64,000 bases of DNA from Lama glama. Its lineage: Eukaryota. The stretch lies in NCBI GenBank assembly GCA_028534125.1, contig CM052817.1, positions 92,506,001 to 92,570,000 on the forward strand. The letters are read 5' to 3'. A program made the translations under genes and the position numbers. Under the pieces are notes generated by a model. That model searched no databases and had not been told where the DNA came from. It saw nothing but the letters and a program-made list of their open reading frames with translations. Below, one piece after another: positions 23,692 through 37,220 of the stretch (its first letter is position 1; each line of letters opens with the position of its first letter).

Positions 23692-23920
23692 CTTCCCTTC
23701 CCATGAGGAAAGAATAAAAGCAAAGGTGATTAATACTGAGGTACATCCAACCCTGACGGGGGACCTTCCCCTTCCAGTAGCTGCAAGAGTAGTAGTTGAC
23801 GAGTTTCTCTTCCTCCGGCATTCCAAACAGCCTGTGGAATTTCACAATGGCTTCCTTGAACTTCTCTGTGTCATCATCTTCCTTCACATCATTGATTTTG
23901 TTATACTCTGCAATGATGCC
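23692..23920 (-). CDS. TBC1D9: TBC1D9 coding exon 4 (229 nt, phase 0-1), start of GRAM domain 1
   Basis: [76 protein letters not shown]; tag|GGC and GAAG|gtaagt. Confidence 0.97.
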
Positions 23921-26900
23921 CTAAGGGATAAAGCACAAAACACACAACTGGTATTACTATGACTAGAGCTCCTTTTCTCCGTATGCTGTACATGTTGGAA
24001 AGGGGTGGAGGGAGACAAACTTCAAAGGCTAGAGTTTTTAAAAAATAGAGTATTTTCAAAGCCAACTCCCAAATTCTAAGCCAGTGAACAAGAGCAACAG
24101 AGATCTTATCATCTGTTTACTGGTACTAATCATTTTGGTAAGTTCACACAGAATGAAGCCCATAGTTTTATTTGACCAATGAGGACATAGAAGGATTTTG
24201 TTAGTTCTACTGCTTTTTGTAGCTTATCATAATAGAGTCATCCCACAGGTCAACTTCCGTCTTTCTCGAAAAAAAAAAAAATCAATGAAATTTCATCATG
24301 AATGGGAAGGGAGGAAAGACCAAAACACCTGTCATGATTCTGGCCACAGACTCACTGTCTCAGGGCCATGAATAACACCAGGGAACCTAACAAAAAGGAA
24401 CAAGCAATCATTTGAGCAGAAAAGGAGTGAATGTGAGAGCAAAAACTTACATTAGATACATGATTTTTGATCAGTTGCACAGGAAACAAAATATATGCAT
24501 AGCAAGTGACTGGCTTAATCTGTTTAATCATTATAGAAGCTTCAGAGGCCATTTCATTGTTACCCAGTTCCTCCAGAGCTCCCTGGAAACTGGCTTCTGT
24601 GTATGTCTCTGGATAGAAAATGCTCAGTGGAATTCCACCTTTGACCTTGTAATCACCAAATCCTTCTCACCTCATCTTCATTTCCTTTGATCTCAAGGTA
24701 GCACGAGAAAAGCATGAACTTTTGAGCATGGAAGTCTTGGGTTTGGACCCTGACAGTGTCACTGCAGCTCTGTGTGAATCTGGGCATCTTCCTGGGTTCC
24801 CTTTGACATGACTGAGTCCTCTGTATTCCAAGGACAGAAAATTGCAATTGTCTCATACCTACAATTACTGGCTCTCAGGCTTCCAGGATATCCTGGATGC
24901 TCTCTATATTTTATCTTCCTAAAATGGAAAATTCTTGTTAATCAAATTCTGAGTGTTTCCCTACTACCACCATATAACATCCAAAATTGAAGATCAGACA
25001 CACTTTTGACCCAACCAACACTGCAACCTTTTCTCTCATGGTGCTACACTCAACAAGATTCCCTGTTAGTTACTCTGCCCTAGTTGGCCTGAGGCACGCT
25101 CGGGGCCAGAATGTGTCATCTGTGTGCCACCTTCTTGCCTGGGGCCCTGCCATTCTGTGTGCCTAAAAACTAGCAGCAAACTGTCCTCTATTTCACTAAT
25201 CCCGTCTAACCTCAGTGTCTGGTCCAACGCCCACCTCCTTACGAGTCTTTTCCCAACTATGACTGTCCTTCCTCATCTTAAGTACTGTTGATTTTCTCGG
25301 ACTGATGTACTGAAATTATGTCCTGAATTTTATTTTCACTGCCAGGCTTTCCACTCCAGTCACCGGCAGTTGTGGTAACCAGAAGAGATGGTGGGAGGGA
25401 GGAGAGTGAGGGCTTTAGACTTCTGTCATCTCCATCACTGTTCAATTCTAGTACAAAAGCAAACTTGTAAACAATACCATAACAGCAAACACAACCCCAG
25501 CCTAAGTCTCCAACCTATTTTCTATTGAGAAACCACCTCTTGGCCCCTTTACACAGTCCAGGAATTACGGCAATGGCTTCCCAATCGGCATCTCCTCACG
25601 GGTCTCTCCACACTCTAATATATATTTCATACGACTATTTTCTGAAACAGAGATTTGACTGTACCATTCCCACCTTAAAAATGTCTGTACGCTATCAGTG
25701 AAAGAAGGAAAAAGTCCAATCTGCATCTCATGCCATAAAACCCCTCCTCCATCTGCCCAAATCAACCTTTCCAGGTTCAGTGTAATATCACACTCGCTGT
25801 GAAACTAACCCAGTACTAAATAAGAATGAGCATTCTCGTCTGTATGTTCTCTTAATTTATACATCGGGTGAAAGTATTTTGTTTATATGTCCTTCTACCA
25901 CTAAATATGCATTTCAAAGACAAATATAATGTCTCAAGTATTTTTTAATCACCATATCTAGCACCTAAAATTTAATAAAAAGATTATTAAAAGAGTGTAT
26001 GTTGCCTTTCCAAATTAGCATGCATTCTTAAGGGGCCATAGCTTAGTCTTTATTTTGTTCTCCAGAGTCACGGATATCTCAATCTAAAATTGTTTAAGAG
26101 CTTGCAATCCTTGGGAAATTAAGCACCAAGTTGTTGACTGCTGTTCCTTTGTCATTCGGGAGGGCTGAATGGGTGGCACTGGAAGTGGCAATGCACTTCC
26201 CTGAGAGCATCTGCGATAGGGTTATTTCTTCTAGTCAGTTTTGATACTACCGTGTGAGAGAACAGAGATGTCCACTTTGGTGGAGGCCAGGGGAGACGTG
26301 TTTTGGAGCTGGGCTGCTGTGGGGGTGAGCAGGCTCTGGTAGCGCAGAGAACTGTAGACAGCCAGGAGGCAGCATGAGGCCACTGGACCTCTGAGTTGGG
26401 GAGGAGAAGAAGCCAGTTCACAGAGAGGAGGGATGGAAAAACCTTTCCCAGTTGGCAAATACACCTACAGCCTATGCGACATTTCAAAGTCATCAGTGCC
26501 TTCAGAGGGCAACCAAAAAAATATGTAAGAATGAATGAAGAAATAAATGAATGAATAGATGAAAAGAACTGAATAAAAACCACTAATAAGAAGTAGCAGT
26601 TGGGTCCCTAGACAATCCCAATGGCCACTCAACTCAGAGAAACCTGGAGACCCTCAAGGCCAGTATGCTCTTCTGGGCTACTGTGCCGAGCTCTTACCTT
26701 AAGTCACAATAAGGAGAATATTAGAAGGGAGAGACGTATAACAAACCGAATCATGCCCAGATGTCTTGAGTGGGAAAAAACTAGGTTCACACTATGCTCT
26801 CTAAAGAACAAGTACCACAATTTCTAGAATGGTCATTGAAATTTTTAAAGAGAAAATGTTTTTAAATACGAGAAGATTAATGAAGACACAGAAGTGAGAA

Positions 26901-29199
26901 ACATCACTCTGAAACACTCTGGGGCCCAATACACTAACATCAACAGGCCAGGCCTTACCAACTGGTTTCAATGGCAAGGATAACAGTCCCCAAATTTCCC
27001 CTCCCAGCATCTCCACCTTCAGGAAAAGAGAGAGTCCCGAATGCAGAGCCTCTTTTTAGTTTACCATAGTTTTTAGCCAGGTGGACCGAATGATGGAACA
27101 AAAGGATGGAATTATCTCCTTCCTGTATGTTCTTAAGGTTCTGCATAATATAAAACAGGTCACCCCGGTTCTAGGCAACAGCTCCACGTAACTTTGGGAA
27201 ATTACTACAATCCAAATATTCAGGCTGTCCAATGGAAATTTAAATACCCAAATGACATTGACAGGTAATTCACAAAAGGGGGAAAATTAACTTAGGAGAC
27301 ATGAAAAAAGAAATTCAACATTATAATCAAAGAGAAAATTAAAGCAATAAGACAGTCTTTTTACTTATTAAATTTGAAAAACCATTTAAACAAGTGAAAT
27401 GCTGAAAGTAAGCAATGGGAAAACTGCACAAGGATTCTAATGGACTGACAATATCTACTAAGGTCCATGAAAAGTGCTTAAACTTATTTAATCCATTAAC
27501 CAACATTTTGTAATCTATCCCAAAAGGGAGTGAAAAATTATAGGAAAAGCTGCACCAAAGGATTCACTATAGTATTGTTTGTGCCTGACTCCCACGAGTC
27601 TAAAAGCTGGGGTGATGTCTAGAAAGAGAGGAATGGTAAGGTCAATTGTGGGATAATATTCAGTTACTACAGTAACAACTAAAAGTTATATAACAACACA
27701 GTAGATACCAGAGAAAAAAGATATGCTAGAAAGTTATATGTACATCAAGACTACCGTTATGATAAATACGCATATTAGAAATCTAGGAGGAAACAAACAA
27801 AAGTTATCAATGGTATTTGGATTCTGGTCACCTCTGTAGTTAATTATTTCATTTATAATTTATGAAAGTTAATTAGATCTCAGCACAAACAAATAGGCTG
27901 GTTCCCTTCATTACTGGACAATCTGTGCATGTTTAAACCATTCATTTGCACATGAATGATGTTCTTTCACACATAACTGCATTAGTAGCAATTCCTCCCT
28001 CATAATTGGTTTCAGGGGAATTAAATCTGACACTTCTGGTGTAATGGAAATGGTGAGAAGAATGGCTATTTGATATAATTTGTCCTTGCTTTATTTATTT
28101 ATTTCTCCTAACTACTGTCACTTTGAAGCTTCAGTGTCTTCCTATAGCTCTTTATTTGTACCTATTTCCCAAAGAAGACAACATTTGAGGGAGGACTATG
28201 AAAAGGTAACTGAGAACTTCAGTAGTAGCTCCAGGACAGAAAAGATGCTTCACGTCTGTTCCCCCACCAGACACCGCCCCCTTTCGCCCAGCCCCTCCTC
28301 AGACTCTCCTCATCTACAGAAATTCAGAAATTCATCTACTTCCCAGAAATTCAGATACAGGACTTAGAAACCACAGGAAGATGTTATCAAATCTGATTAA
28401 TTTTATCAATAAAACTCTCAAATATTCAAGAATTTTTTTTGCATGTTGTTTTATTAAGTTTCAAATACAAAACATTCCAAAAAGAAAAAAATCATCTATT
28501 ATACCTAAGTTCTATATTCAACTACCAGTTAAACAAGGAAAACATGTTATTCTTTCTTTTACTACCAGTAAAAAGCCAGAAGAATAAAGATAGATTCTTC
28601 TTCCAGCAGGATCAGAATTCAGTCTGGTGGGTCAGTAAACTATTTGCCCAACAGCTGTCTGTCATTAAGCATGCTTTTTTAATTTAGTTAAGAATAAATT
28701 TTTTTTTTTTACTCAGAAGCTGCCATTTTTGCTAGCTTGACTGATCCTTTCCAAGATTTTCCCCTCTCTCAATTTTTTTATCTTCTTCACTACTCTTCTA
28801 ATCATCTCTTCAGTAAGGATGGAGCAGAAGCTTAAATAGCCAATTTTAAAGCATTGATAGACTGCTCATTTTGTAAGGGGTTGAATAAAGGAAGGGGCTG
28901 TATCATTGCACCTGCTGTGGTACTCCTCAGTTCTCACTAATTCTATGTGGTCCAGTTAAAATTCCCCTTCAAAAACATCAGAATCCAAAGAGCAGTGAAA
29001 ATCCATTTATACTTTTCTCCTTTTCAATCATAAAATTACTACATGTGAGGGCGGCTCAAGCTGGTGGAGGAGGAGGACCTGGAGCTCGCCTCCCTCCACA
29101 AGCACATCAAAATCACTACATATACATGTAGAAGTTCAGCAAAGAAGAAGAAATAAAATACAAAATGGCCACTCTGGAATTTTAATGAGAAACACTGTC

Positions 29200-30750
29200 A
29201 GGTCACTTCCTAGAATTCCTCCTTAACCCGGGTGTAAAGAAGGGCTTCTAACTATGACTGAAAAAACCAGGTGCTATAATAGAAAGAACTGGCTGATTTT
29301 GACTAAATAAAAAATTTTAAGTTTGGTGAAAACTATCGTGAGCAAAGTCAAAAGAAAAACAACAACCACATATAACTGATAAAGGGCTAATGGCCTTTTT
29401 ATTAAAAAGAGCTTTTAAAAATTAAGGAAAAATAAGACCAAAAGTCTCACAGAACAAGAGGCAAAAGACATGAACAGTCTACAGACAGGGTGTAAAAATG
29501 GCCCTTAAACACATGAAAAGATGTTCAACTTCAGTCATAAATAAGATGATACAAATGAAAACAGTACTAAAATATCTCTCCCCTTCAGACTGGTAAAAAC
29601 TCGAAAGCTTGATAATCTACCTTGTTGGCGAGGCTGTGGGCAAACAGGCACTCCCATACATGCCGGTGGGAATGTAAAATGGGGAGGCGAAACTGGCAGT
29701 ATTCAGCCAAACCATACATGCATTTACCCTTTGACCTGGCAACCCCATTTCTACCAGTGTATCTTAAAGATACAGCCCCAACCATACACAAGTGCATATG
29801 CATGAAAACGTACATATGGAACATCATTTATAATTGCAAAATATTGGAAACTACATAAATGTCACAGAATAGAAGAGTAGCTGGATTATCTATGGTTCAC
29901 ACACATAGTATGCAGCTTAAAAAAGAATGAAGAGGGGGAGGGATATAGCTCAGTGGTAGTGGAATTGGAGAGTCATCATATTGTAAACTGTAAGAGCAAA
30001 GACTGGCTCCACCAAAAAATCGCTGATGGACGCTAAATCAAGGGGGAGATTTTGATGGATAGCCTTAAAGTGTCTTCCTACAGAAAATTGCAAAAGTGAA
30101 ATTAGTAACTCTACAGTGGAGAAACTGGCTAGCACCTTGCTGGGTTTTTATCACCAGTGGGTGGCAGATGGGTGTCAGGTGCCTCCAGAAATGATACTCT
30201 GAAAAGGACACAAGATCGCTTATGATGTCCCATCCAAGAATGTCTATCTTCCAGAGACATCTAATAAAGTCCCAAAGGAAAAGTGTCCCATTAAAAAAAA
30301 CAGAACTATACACTGAGAAATATCAATGTCATAAAAGATAGACTATTGAAATGATCCAGATTGAAGGGGACAAAAGAGATGAAAACTAATCCAATAGCTT
30401 CCTAGACTGGCTCTTGCACTGGAGTGGAAAAAAAAATGTTATAAATGACATTATTGGATCAATTAACAAAATCAGGAAATGTGCCAACTATTACAGTATT
30501 AGTATTAAATTTACCGCTGGTGATAGTGTTGTTATTTAATAGAATAGTCCTAATTCTTCAAAATATACACTGAAGTATTTAGGGGGAATTTCCTATAAAA
30601 TAGAGTGAGTGAGCACACAAATGGTAAAGTAAATGGGGTAAATTGTTAACAACAGGGAATATGGGTAAAGGGTCTACAGGTGGGTTTTATACAATTCTTA
30701 TTTTTGAAATTTTCTATAAGTTTGGAGTTATTCCCAGAGGAAGGTTAAAA
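29200..30750 (+). mobile_element. Old L1 (L1MC-type) ORF2 end and 3' UTR, interrupted by a SINE head
   Basis: aaacacatgaaaagatgttcaact..., gttggcgaggctgtggg...tgccggtgggaatgtaaaatgg, ccctttgacctggcaaccccatttcta, then tacagtggagaaactggc 3' UTR. Confidence 0.8.
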
Positions 30751-30769
30751 AAAAAAAAACTCCACTACT

Positions 30770-30866
30770 CTAGAAAGAGCAAATCACTAAGTTGTACACC
30801 TAGAACTAACTAGTGCTATAGGTCAATCAGACATCAATAAAAAAAAATAATAATATAATAAAATAA
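30770..30866 (+). mobile_element. Short L1 3' tail abutting the exon 3 splice donor
   Basis: aatcactaagttgtacacctagaactaac...gtcaat...caataaaaaa with decayed A-tail; ccactac on both sides. Confidence 0.7.
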
Positions 30867-30874
30867 ACCACTAC

Positions 30875-30993
30875 CTGTATTTTTCCTCTCACAAATGTGT
30901 TGATATCGTTCTCATTTTCAAAGATGGAGAGTGTCTGCAGCAGATTCTGCTCGAGCCATTCCCAGTGTTCGGTGATTTCTTTTCTGGAACCAC
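30875..30993 (-). CDS. TBC1D9: TBC1D9 coding exon 3 (119 nt, phase 1-0); absent from the ORF track
   Basis: Manual translation gives GSRKEITEHWEWLEQNLLQTLSIFENENDINTFVRGKIQ; acceptor tag|GT, donor CAG|gtagtg; frame continues from exon 2. Confidence 0.95.
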
Positions 30994-33900
30994 CTATTTG
31001 AATGTAAAATGATAACAGAAGTCAGAATTTAAAAGACACTTTAAAAATCATGGTTAACTTCATCCATATGCAGTGCCTTTAAAGAGGACTACTGTTCCCA
31101 CCAGCTCTGCCTTTAAATGCTTTCTCTTCTCCAGGGGAGACACACAGAAATGCTTAAGGACGTGGAAACCTGAGAGTAAGTATTGTGTTATGGTCACATC
31201 TGATCAGGTAAGTCCAGAAACTTTTCAGGACAATCTTCCAGAGTAGAAGGCAGCAATGTTTCTCCCGCTCGCTTTTCTGGATTGGGAGTTTAGCCCTATC
31301 CTCTTTTCTCCCTCTTAGGACTGGCATGTAGATCTTGTTGGGTACTAGGTTACAGTTGTTAAGCTGCAACAATACAGAGCTTTGGTATGCCCCTGGAGAG
31401 CTGATGTAACCACCTCCTATAATGGGCAAAAAATTATCCTCACTCCCTTCAATTATGAATGAGATGTGAAAATGGACTACCGCGAGGGAAGAGCAGCCCG
31501 GCTCTCACCAGCACAGCTGCCCTGAAACGCAGTGGGATGAGGTCATCCTCACAGCCTCCATCTCAGCCGCTACACTTCAGTCAGGTACAAGAAGCATAGT
31601 CACCTCTCCTGGCAACCTCTAGTTTTAAGCAACCTTAGCCTTGCAGCATATATAACCCGGAACCCTGCTCTCTGCTCACAACTGCAGGGCATAATAGGGA
31701 TGCTCTCACGATGTCATTGTCAAGACACTGGAATAAATTCCTTTCCTTTTTTCTTTTCTTGCTCTGGGAAAGTTAATGATCTTGCAGAAGAGCACTTTGT
31801 CAGAAATCATATATATATCTCACAGATGTAAACTGTGGGTACCACTCGTTCCAGAATTAAAAAGTGATTCTGTGACTCCCTTGATTCACCCCTTCATGCT
31901 CCTCCTTAGATTTCCAAGTTACATTTTTTATTGATTTCTTAAAAATAGCTTCTCTCTGTTCTCTGTCACCAGTAATTCAAGGTCTCTCAGCATCTCACTC
32001 TGATTCCTGTCCAGGAAAGGTAGGAGATACAAATGCATCCAGAACTGTACTCAGAACTGTGAGGAACAGAACTAAAATCTCTTAGAAAAGGAGAGGCAGG
32101 CTTGAGGAGTTTCAGATCCACTGTCCGAGGAAAGGAAGAACAAAACCAAACTCAACGTTCATTTTTTTTGACTTTGTGCTTATGAAGAGGACGAAGAGCA
32201 AATTTCCGCGAGGAGCGGCAGCCTTGCAAGAACACGAAAGAGGAGACTGTCTGGACTTCTTCCTGCAGCTTCTGCAGCTCACTCATCCTGGGCTGCAGTC
32301 AGTCGTGTGTGAAAGCCATGACTCTACTGTGCTGTCACGGCAAGAGCTAGAACTCAGGACACCTGGGTCCCCCTCCGTCCCTGCCACCAGCCTGGTGGGT
32401 GCCTTTAGACAGTTTGCCTCATCTCTCTCTGTCTCAAACTCTTTACGTGTAAAATGGAGACAAAAGAACAAAACAAAACCCTGGCTCATCTCAGAGCAAC
32501 GTAGTAAAAATCACAAGGAGTAACGTCTACAGATACACTCTCGAGAGTAGAAACCACTTTTCAGATGCAAAGCACAATGAGCACTTGGAATATTTAGGGA
32601 ATGAGTCACTCTGGAGTTTGCCAGGAGTGTTCAAACATTTTAGGCATAAAAAATTTAAGTTGGCATTGGAAAAGTTTCTAAAACATACTGCGCCCTTCCT
32701 TGTCTGTAAACAGGTCACCCCCATCCCCAGCTGTGACTGGCTGTGCGTTACAGATAGAGCTCAGTCCAGCGTGAATGCCGGCCACATGCCCTGCACCCCG
32801 CTGTCCCATCTGTGCCTGCTGGCCCCGTCAGAGGTTCGCACCTGAGGATGGAGGCACTCCAGGGACCCGCAGGATGGCAGAGCTTCTGCAGACCCGCCGG
32901 GCACAGTTCCCAGCCTGATTCTGCCTCTCCTCCAGCCCTGCCTGCACTGATCCCAGATGTGCCTTCCACAGGCCGGTCTGCACACGTCTCTTAGTTCAGC
33001 CGGGCAGTCTGGCTGTTGACTGGTATCCCCCCCTGCACTGCCCTTTTCCAGGTGGTCACACCAGGTACTTGACCTTAGAGTCCCTGTTACTCCGGTCTTG
33101 GAATCCAACCTCACTTCAACCTCACCGTTCCTCGGTCATCTTGGACAAAAAAGTCCAGGATAACAAGCCCCAGGGCAGACCAGGTGTGCCTCCACCTTTG
33201 CACGTGCTACCTTCAGTTTTCTCTATATGCATATTCATACAGGTACATCCTCCCATCCCGCCACACAGCCATTGTGGAAATGGTGTGTGTGCACATGCAC
33301 TCATTCAACAAACATTCACTCAGACCTCTGATTTTCATGGGCATCCCATGAAAGTCTACGGGGTGGATCCCTGTCATCAAGTAGCCATCTGGAGCACTCC
33401 TATATTGAACTTCAGTTTACTCGCCACATTGTTTCCCCACCTGTTGGCTTCTCTGCTGCCCCAGGACCTCCTGCTCATCACCCTGACCTGCTGTCCATCA
33501 TGTCCACAATCTCCACCTGCCAGCACCTGCCACCATGCTCACTGCCGGCTCTTTTCTCTACTTCTTGCTGCCCAGGATGTAAATCCCCAAGTTCTTGTCT
33601 GCGATTACCCCCACTGCCCCCACCCCAATTCCTGCTGCTTGAGCTGCTTCTCTGCTGTCCTGCATCTCCTGTTGCTTCTCCCAGGCTTGGCAGTGTCACA
33701 CGAGAAGGCCGGCTCTCTGGAGTTATCTCCAGCCACTCACAGCTCCCATGCGCAGGAAAGGTGCGAGATGGCAAATCTCAGTATCTTTAGTTCTCCAGCT
33801 CTTTCAGACCGCTTGGTGCTTGGGGCCTGCTTGTATACCACCAAAGAGGTTTCTGAGGTTTCTTCTGCCTATCCAGACCTAAGGTTCTAAAGTTCCAGAA

Positions 33901-36064
33901 GACTGGGCTGTAGATAACGAAGAAATTTGTGTACCATTATCACCATCACTGAGGAAAGAAAAAGTCGCATATGCCAACAGCCAATGGTACCTTCAGGAAT
34001 TAACTATGGATTCCTATCTATACCCAACAGACACTTGCCGGGGAGTGATGTAAAGGTATCTTTTACATTTCTATTTACTGTGCAAATGCACCATATTCTC
34101 TGAACACTTTCCCTAATACACAAAGAATAAGCAGGGATGGTACTCAAGGCTCCAGGCTCTGGAAGTATGAGGATACCTACAAGGCAGGGCTGGGGTCCCT
34201 CCCCCGCAGACCAGACACATTGTGAAGATGCTGATCTAGTAAAAATGATCTCCAGAAGCAGGCGTCCACTTCTCATCCCAGAACAAACGTCAGGTCCACG
34301 GAGCAAATATCCTGCCAACACTTTGAGAGCAGCTGTCACTTCTGCCAACCCACTCTCTAAGAACCAGCGAGACTCCAGAAGAAACATGTTGGAATCCTAA
34401 ATGTTCCGTATAAATGCCTCTTTCATTTCTCAAGAAAGTAATTACAAGGGCTGCAATACTTAAGAGCTCGGAACGTTCCTTTTGCTACTGTGCAAACTGA
34501 GATAACACGAGGCTATTTTGCCACGACTCTGAAAAGAGGCAGGTCTATTTACCCAACAGTTTGAGCAAAATATGCTGGGCACTCAGAAGAGAAAGGAAGG
34601 GCTTGGCAGTCAACTTTCTGGAAAGGCTGCATTTACAGAGATACAGCAGGAAAAAACAAGCTGACCTGACTGTGCAATCAGCCAGAACAACAAAGAGAGC
34701 TGTGTCGGGTATGAGACTCCTTCAGGAAATCCAAGGTAAAGTTTTCCACCATGGTCAAAACTGGATCAGCACTTCATGGGCTCAAGATTATTGAGAAATT
34801 AATTTTGGAAAAATGAGAATCTTTATCATTTGCAGTGTTATGTTTTGTTTTTAGAATACCAGCCACAGGCTCTGTGCATATATCAGGGCAAAGTTGAAAT
34901 ACTCCTCGCTACGATGTGGAAAATACTAAATCAGCCTAGTCTAATCTCTCATCTAGTTTGAGATGTACCTTAAAGTACAAGAAATCTACTTGAAACTAAA
35001 AGGAAGCAGCATTAAGGTGGACCCACAAATTGATTCTATTGTATCTGGCCTCTGAGGATTAGGAACAAAGCCTTAAGTTCCCCACTGACAGATATTCAGT
35101 GGATATTTCTTTGCGATGCATAATTAGTAATACAGTTTGGTTCTGGAGCTGCAGGTCTGATTTAAAAACATGAATTGGAGAATATCTAAAACGGTAAATC
35201 CCCACTGATGGAGCTTGTGTGCACGCACACGTGTGGGTATATACCTGTGTGTATGTGCAAAAACAATAACCACTCACGACAGCAGAAAACAAAACAAAGC
35301 AAAACAAATCCACCAGACATCCCAGAGATTAAAAGGCAGCTAACCGAGTATTTTCAGATATCAGAACAGGATGCTTGGATCCCAAAGGTGATCTAGTCCT
35401 CAGATGAACAGCTCTTGAAGCTACTTAAATAGAAGGAATCATCTTTTTTACGGCCTTACCCAAACACAATCTTATCCACAGAGATGATAATTTAATTTTG
35501 GATTTTAAATACCAAAATTTAAATACTTTTATCTGAGAGTAACACCCAATACACTGGAGTGACACTTACTGTCCCTGTAGTATTTACAAGCCCACCACCA
35601 TACTCTCTACATCCAGAAAAATGACAAACTCATATTTAGAGAGGGCAAGAGATACAACCCAAAGTAATGTGGTGATTTGAACAGTTTAGAGACAAAAGGG
35701 AGATTTACATTTTAAAAATCCACATCCAATTAAAGTGAAAACTATAAACAGGTTAAATAGTGATAATGATAATGTTTTCCATGACTTACTTGTGCTCACC
35801 AGGGCCCGGAGCCACGCTTAACTACAGACACGGACTCTCACAGCAATCCTATAAGCAGGCCAATTACAGTCCTCTTGTTGATGAGGAAACTGAAGTTTTC
35901 ACATTCTATGAAATCAAATTCAGACTCTTCTGTCTCCAAAATGTATGCTGTTCGTTGCTACACTTCCACCCCCGACCTATTTTAGAAGTGCAGTTAAGTA
36001 CACCTGGGGGATACATTATATGAAGTAATAAGGAGCCTGATTATCAGGGAGACAACTTCACTTA

Positions 36065-36300
36065 ATGGTTCAGACCGCAGACTTGGATGTCAAAAGAGTA
36101 CACGTGGTTTCAAATCCCTACCACGCCACATATTAGCTTTGCGACCATGGAAAAGTGACTTAACCTCACTGTGTTTCAGATTCCTCATCCGTAAATGTAG
36201 GTAGCAACATCTACCACGTTGGTTTGTGCTGAAGATTAAGGAAGACAATACATGTAAAGTCCTTAGCACAGGTCTAGAACATACAAAGCACTAAACAAAC
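36065..36300 (+). mobile_element. MIR SINE fossil
   Basis: tttcaaatcccta...gtgacttaacctcactgtgtttcagattcctcatccgtaaatg...gaagattaa...catgtaaagtccttagcacag. Confidence 0.85.
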
Positions 36301-36689
36301 AGTAACTTTTGCTATGACAAGTAACAGAACACAAACGTCTCTCCTTGAAATGTGATGCAGAGATACTTCTAACTTCTGACGTCAGAGCACTAAGAAACTG
36401 GCTGCTTAACTGTTGTCTGATCATCATACATTCAGCACAGATCTCTCCGGCCCTGACACTGTTACATTTGGATTGCAAAGTGTACGTACAATTGAAGTAA
36501 AGCAGGCCTAGAACAACTCTTTGTGCAACTATTATAAGCTGCTTACATAACTCTGCTTGTAATCTCTTACAGGTCATAACAGTACGTTCATAGCTTTATA
36601 ATCACTCTGAGAAAAGAGAGGCCCAGGTAACTCATCCAGCCTTAGCAGTAAGGATTAGTGGTTGGTGGTGTCATTTTGCTTATTTTACT

Positions 36690-37220
36690 TAAATGCCAAG
36701 GTCCTCACCAACTCTGATGGGCAGAACGTAAATGGCTCCATTTCTGGAGGACAAACAGGCTCATGATCCTAAAAGCCTTACATACATGCATATTCTTGGA
36801 CTCAGCATATGTACTCCTATAAATTTACCCTAAGGCAATAATTAAAGGAATGTGGAAATACTTTATTCAGAGGATAATCACTATGGTTTTTCAAAATTCA
36901 GTTAATATTAGAGAGAAAAACCCTAGATTTCCCGAAATAGCACATCAGTTAGATAAATTACATTTGATACACAATAAAATACTATCTACCTATTAAAACT
37001 GACATTATAGGCATACATTTTCTTGACATAGAAAGTCTATACACATACATGCATACACACAGAAATACATATATATGTGTATGTACAGACACACAGACAT
37101 ACACGTATATGTAAAGTCTGGAAGGTAAAGATTTTTAAAGTGTTAGTACTGTCTTTTACTCTTTGCTTAATTATATTTTCTAATTTCCTGCAATGAACAT
37201 GTTTTGCTTACTGAAAATAA
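36690..37220 (+). mobile_element. Old L1M fragment
   Basis: tgatgggcagaacgtaaatgg...tttctggagg...actcctataaatttaccctaagg...aaatactat...attaaaa. Confidence 0.6.

Noticed and set aside
29585..29858. ORFs resembling L1 ORF2 C-terminus (also 60815-61150 and 38565-38756)
   Set aside because: Short degenerate or antisense readings of L1 fossils; no intact ORF2.
33069..33890. Longest ORF in the track (273 aa, + strand)
   Set aside because: Starts at TTG, has Leu/Pro/Ser/Cys/His-rich composition reflecting C/T-rich DNA, shows no recognisable domain, and lies antisense in intron 2. Most likely chance or a decayed repeat; a BLASTP/PhyloCSF hit would reopen it.
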